A stretch of 62,121 nucleotides of DNA, the filler included, from Rhabdomonas costata (lineage: Eukaryota), in NCBI GenBank assembly GCA_019059605.1. It is 30 parts of 30 records of this genome, joined end to end, with 100 filler letters (N's around TTAATTAATTAA, not from the genome) between each part and the next. Parts side by side here need not be neighbours in the genome. Positions count along the whole stretch, not along the records: positions 60,149 to 62,121 come from JAHMHO010006838.1; 29 more parts are not named here. The stretch is one strand, 5' to 3'. How positions within the stretch are numbered: position 1 is the stretch's first letter; every line of letters begins with the position of its first letter. Shown in pieces: positions 60,303-62,121 of this stretch. Made by a program: the position numbers and the translations under genes. The notes beneath the pieces were generated by a model. The model saw nothing but the letters and a program-made list of their open reading frames with translations, searched no databases and had not been told where the DNA came from.

Positions 60303-62121
60303 ATGATGTATTCCCCAGTCCTTTTCTTTGCCACCACTGGCGCGCTTTTTGGTGGCCTTTCCGTTCTCGCTGTTGGCTGCCTCGGGGGCTTCACCGCTCC
60401 CCTGTGCGGTAGCGTTTTCGGGCTTTGCCTGGCCCTTAGTTTAGTGCAGTGGCAGATGGTGCGGTGGCAGCTTAGTCAGTGCCTGGAAAGCTCGGATTGC
60501 GGGTTGGGTATCTTTTCGGTGACCTGGCCCGAGGTTTTGGAGATTCAAGCTGAGCTTGAGGAGCTTCAGACGCAGCGGCAGGAGGGCTTGCTGAGGTTTC
60601 TGAGCAACCTCTCCCATGAACTGAACACCAACCTAAACGCCATCGCGGGTGCAGCGCAGGTATTGGGCCCAATTGTGGTTTTTGATCGGAGATTGACAAG
60701 ATTACCGAGCAATCATGAAGTGAATTGTCAGGGGTTCAGTTCAGCGAAGCACACTGCCCCCCTGGAAGATGGTCGAGACCTGGTGGAGCAGAGAGAAATG
60801 ACTTGCCCCAAAGGAGAGGTCTCAGGTTAAAGGGCGTTCCATGTGAAGACGGGACGGGAGGGGGGCTTTTAGGGCATTGTCCCGCCATTGAATGGGAAAC
60901 CGACAATAAAGGACTACTCAAGGAGGGAAAGTGAGAAGGGGAAAACATTGGTGGGAAGATCGTATCATGACAAAAAAGGCTCTGTTCTGCTTCCCCACCG
61001 CTCTGCAAAAAAAATCAATTGCCCAAAGTTACCTCTTTTGGACGTCTTACACACTACCCATGCAGTTCTCGGTGTTCGCGCAATCCAGGCGAACTATAAT
61101 TGCGCCCCATCAAAACAGTTTCAGGAACAGGGGAGTGGCCTTTTAGTCGCATTTGCAGTTTTCTCCCTCTCCGTGTGCTGTTTTTCACCCTCAGTGACCC
61201 TTTTGCATCCACTACTCTCCAACAGATGATTGGTGGAAAGGATGACAAGGAGATGGTGCGGGTCATCTTGCACGCCTCCCATGTTATGACAAACCTGGTA
61301 TGTGTTTCGTGGTCTGTGCTTTGTCGTTTATCTTTGGTTGTCTGGAGCGCTCAAACCTTTGTGAAACACGCTTCCTTTTTTTTGGGTTCAAGCTGTTTGT
61401 CCTTGTATGAATCCCCGCTTTCTATGACGGCTGCCCGCTGGCTCCTGGGGCGTTATCCCTTGTTGTGTTTTGTTTTCGACTTGGAACCACTGGATCGTAG
61501 GCAGCGGACACAGGAGGAGTTCTTTGCTGGGTGTCTCTGAATTCTCTTGATGATGGTTGGGTGCCTCTCTCCCCTTCTCTTCCCTTCGTTACTCACGGGA
61601 CTCATTTAGATTACTCTCGATGCGTTTTGGGGCGGATGCGCGCCAGGCTTTTCGTGTGCAGAAGCAATGCTCTGGGATCAGTGTGGGTTGGGTCTCTGTG
61701 TGTCTCTGTTGGGAATCCGTTCCATTTTTTTTTTGAGGTGGAGCGTTAAACGCTATAACGCCGTACGCATATGGTGTACCCTTTCACCCCGATGTTCCTC
61801 AAGGATTGTTCACCTATTCCCTCATATTCTGTGCTCCTTCAGTATGATTTTGAGCATCGGAATTTTTCTTCGCTACTTTCCTTTCTCAGTTCATGGTCGG
61901 GTTCTCAGCCCGTCTTCAAGCTTCCCTTGCTTTCCCTTGCTTTAAGAGAGCCTGCGTCTCGCAAACCCCGTTCTTGGCAAGATGATCTTCTTTCTCTATC
62001 CACCCATCCATTTTTTTTCGAGAGCTTGCCGCTGGGGTCGCCCCCCACAGGTCACGGATTTTGTGGACCTCTACGAGTGCACGCAGAACCAGCTGCAGCT
62101 CAGCCTGCGTCCCTTTTCGCC
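60303..62121 (+). CDS. Membrane-anchored two-component sensor histidine kinase (HisKA region), partial
   Basis: Exons 60303-60659, 61226-61297 and 62051-62121 give a hydrophobic N-terminal segment, a coiled coil, then RFLSNLSHELNTNLNAIAGAAQ/MIGGKDDKEMVRVILHASHVMTNL/VTDFVDLYECTQNQLQLSLRPF. This matches the H-box FLANMSHELRTPLN.I.G and the L..LI.D.LD......L.L...PF segment. Confidence 0.85.

Noticed and set aside
1-62121. Operon-like system formed by ART, adenylate cyclase, histidine kinase and RING genes; also tRNA, rRNA, SL RNA genes or CRISPR arrays
   Set aside because: The genes are on separate artificially joined contigs, so co-occurrence is meaningless. No convincing RNA gene or CRISPR signature was seen by eye.

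Overview
This window is not one locus. It is 30 unrelated contigs of about 1.97 kb, joined by identical artificial 100-bp linkers (N44-TTAATTAATTAA-N44), so no synteny can be read across linkers. Many contig ends carry G/T-only 5' tails and A/C-only 3' tails resembling a whole-genome-amplification primer. The DNA is an intron-rich eukaryotic nuclear genome with GT-AG and occasional GC-AG introns. Euglenozoan-type OSCP, RPS7 and adenylate cyclase sequences plus dense cis-splicing point to a euglenid-like protist (inference). Splicing exons by hand gave partial genes for ATP synthase OSCP and a subunit-g-like protein, RPS7, NELF-C/D (TH1), an aprataxin-like HIT protein lacking its catalytic His and carrying a C4 insert, a one-exon-per-repeat 38-aa repeat protein, an R-S-E ADP-ribosyltransferase, an intronless protein with tandem ~140-aa two-Cys beta-rich repeats, an F-box/LRR protein, a class III adenylate cyclase, a double-RING protein, a CAP-like protein, a Giardia-like ornithine carbamoyltransferase, a DIS3L2-like S1 region, a fucosyltransferase-like protein and a membrane histidine kinase. 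Retroelement relics are also present, one bracketed by an exact 22-bp direct repeat beside a perfect 39-bp palindrome. All homology calls come from motifs recognised by eye and from memory, and need HMM/BLAST confirmation.
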